Part shown: positions 62,040 through 64,000 of the stretch, piece by piece | How the letters are laid out: each line of letters begins with the position of its first letter | Numbering within the stretch: the first letter of the stretch is position 1 | From: an uncultured Bacteroidota bacterium | Lineage (GTDB): Bacteria > Bacteroidota > Ignavibacteria > UBA10030 > UBA8401 | Direction of reading: 5' to 3' | Assembly (NCBI GenBank): GCA_963717445.1 | Contig: OY970334.1 | Coordinates: 87,219-151,218, forward strand | Length of the DNA: 64,000 nucleotides | The notes under the pieces: model-generated | Told to the model about the DNA's origin: nothing | The model's input: the letters and a program-made list of their open reading frames with translations, nothing else | The model's database searches: none | Program-made: the position numbers and the translations under genes

Positions 62040-63834
62040 ATGCGCAGATTTTCCTTGCTCTCTTTTTTATTGGCGGCTTCCGTCGCGTGCGGCATCGAAC
62101 GATCATTCGCCCAATGGTCAAGTGATCCTTCGAAAAACACACCCGTCGACACCGGAGGGTATTCGGCATCCGACGTTGTCATGCTCAAAGACGGCAACGG
62201 GGGAGCTTTCATCGTTTGGGATGACCAGCGCGAAGGATACAGCAATCCAAAAATTTTCGCACAGCATTTGGACAAGAATGGGTACGCGTTATGGACCGCC
62301 AACGGCGTGGAAGTTTCTCCTCCCGGAATCGGACAAACCCTTCCTCAAGTAGCGGCAGTGGGAGACGGCGGAATCATCATCTCGTGGGAAGAAGACAATC
62401 GAGACTCAATCCCCCAGGCCTTGGGCGGTGGTCCAGCCCCGGCCATTTTCACGCAACGAATCAGTCCTCATGGTGCGCGATTGTGGGGAGATTCTGCCCT
62501 GCAGGTTGCAGGACCGGAACCTTTCCAACTCTTCTATGCTCAAAATATACCGACTGCGTGTACGTCGGACGGTTTTGGAGGAGCGTATGTGAGTTGGGCG
62601 GACCTCAATAGTGGATTGCAAAATCTGATCGTTTCCCGCATTGACAGTTCGGGCAATATTCGCTGGTCTGACCCGGCGATGAATGGTTTTAGTACTATCA
62701 GTAGCGGCTTGCCGGATGGAGGTTATTCGCATTTGGAACTTTTGCAAAATGGAACGACAGGGGTGATTGCGGTCTGGACAGATGTGCGAAATGCCTTTAC
62801 AACAGGAGTCTCCCTGTTTGCTCAAAAACTCGACATCACAGGTGTGAGGCAATGGGATACACTGGGCGTTGCGCTCGCACCGAAGCCGTCATTCCTGCAA
62901 CAACAAACAAACGAGGTACTTGTTTCCGATAATGCCGGTGGCGCAATCTACGCATGGGAGCAATCGAACAGCGGGTCGTCTCCTCATGCGTATGCCGGTC
63001 ATGTCAACGCATCCGGGATGATCACATGGATATCCACTTCGGATTCACTGGGCGTCCTCCTTGACAGGTACTCTTTCCACCGGTCAACAAAATATTTCCA
63101 TAATATCTGGAGGGAGCGGCACGGCGCTCCTCACATGGACTGACGGCGCGAAGAACACATATTTGCAGAAAATTGCCTCCGATGGTTCCCTGCCTTGGGG
63201 CGCAAATCCTGTTCCTTTCGCTACAAACACAACCGGTGAGGTGCTTACAACCGACGGCAGCGGAGGTGCAATCGTTGCATGGGATGAAGGTCTGCAAAAC
63301 GGGGTTAACATTTTTGCCCAACGTGTGAACGCCAGCGGGCAACCAGTCTGGTCAAACCCCACATACGGCACTTCCGGCAATCCGGTCTCCACTACTCCTT
63401 CCACATTTCAGGAGAATCCTGTCATTGTCTCCGATGATGCTGGGGGAGCGATCGTCGTTTGGTACGATCTCCGGGCAACCGGTTATGGAGGACCGTACGA
63501 CCTTTATGCCCAGCATATCGGGAGCGATGGCAGCGTGACAAAAGTAAGCAATCACGTCTCGGACTTAGCAACACAATTTTCTCTCTCTCAAAACTATCCG
63601 AACCCCTTCAATCCATCGACTCGGATTCAATTTTCAATTGCTCAAGCCGGATTTGTGACTTTGAAGGTGTATGACCTCCTTGGAAGAGAAGTGGCAACGT
63701 TGGTTCACCAGAATTTGACTCCTTCTTCATATTCAGTCACCTGGAACGCATCGAATGTTGCCAGCGGCGCGTACTTTTACCGGCTCCAGAGCGGCAGTTA
63801 TGTGGAAACGAGAAAACTTATGTTAATGAAATAA
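62040..63834 (+). pseudogene. T9SS cargo protein split by an apparent frameshift near 63065 (pseudogene or sequence error)
   Basis: ORF 62040-63143 carries the signal peptide and DGxGGA..W.D repeats; ORF 63061-63834 in the +1 frame continues the same repeats and ends in the T9SS CTD. Confidence 0.75.
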
Positions 63835-63975
63835 TGACGAAGGTCTGAAAAATAGGGAACAAGAGCACTCTTTTAAATGTTACCTTAAGAAGAGGCTCAC
63901 CAACTTTTTTGTGTTTCCCGAAAATCCTGATTTTTATTTCTTATTTCTTCATTCTTAATTGCAAGGAGGTATGTA

Positions 63976-64000
63976 ATGAAGCAATTCTTCCACCTGTTGT
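63976..64000 (+). CDS. Start of the next (likely secreted) protein, truncated by window edge
   Basis: AAGGAGGT SD then ATG AAG CAA TTC TTC CAC CTG TTG. Confidence 0.5.

Overview
Gene-dense chromosomal window, most likely from an Ignavibacteria-like member of the Bacteroidota/Chlorobi group. This assignment is inferred from T9SS C-terminal 'QNYPNPFNPST' domains, bacillithiol bshB1, and canonical TTGACA-N16/17-TATATT promoters with SD sites. Contents in order: (1) the 3' end of a ccmF-like gene and a minus-strand copper/heavy-metal block (Cys-rich leader ORF, cusCBA-like RND pump, DUF2318-like protein, HMA lipoprotein) interspersed with REP/MITE-like palindromes; (2) a housekeeping run (bshB1, xseAB, dxs, ribD, ribE, PASTA protein, rpe); (3) a 14-kb nitrogen-assimilation island with two PII genes, a porin, an APC permease, a PP2C phosphatase, a Hanks kinase translationally coupled to a GSI-alpha-like glutamine synthetase, glnK-amtB, a duplicated small membrane protein, an IT-superfamily transporter, and an Lrp/AsnC regulator ahead of a GSI-beta glnA; (4) miscellaneous metabolic genes (apt, tnaA and others); (5) a 15-kb respiratory cluster (ferredoxin, Rieske, split cytochrome b, octaheme cytochrome c, cupredoxin-like protein, an A-type heme-copper oxidase lacking the K-channel Lys, and assembly factors); (6) a beta-propeller histidine kinase/NarL-type regulator pair with two identical operator palindromes, followed by T9SS cargo genes. 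The best candidate for an undescribed system is a Ser/Thr phospho-switch nitrogen module: Ser49-type PII, permease, PP2C, sensor-less membrane kinase and GS. All calls were made by eye from motifs, with no database searches.
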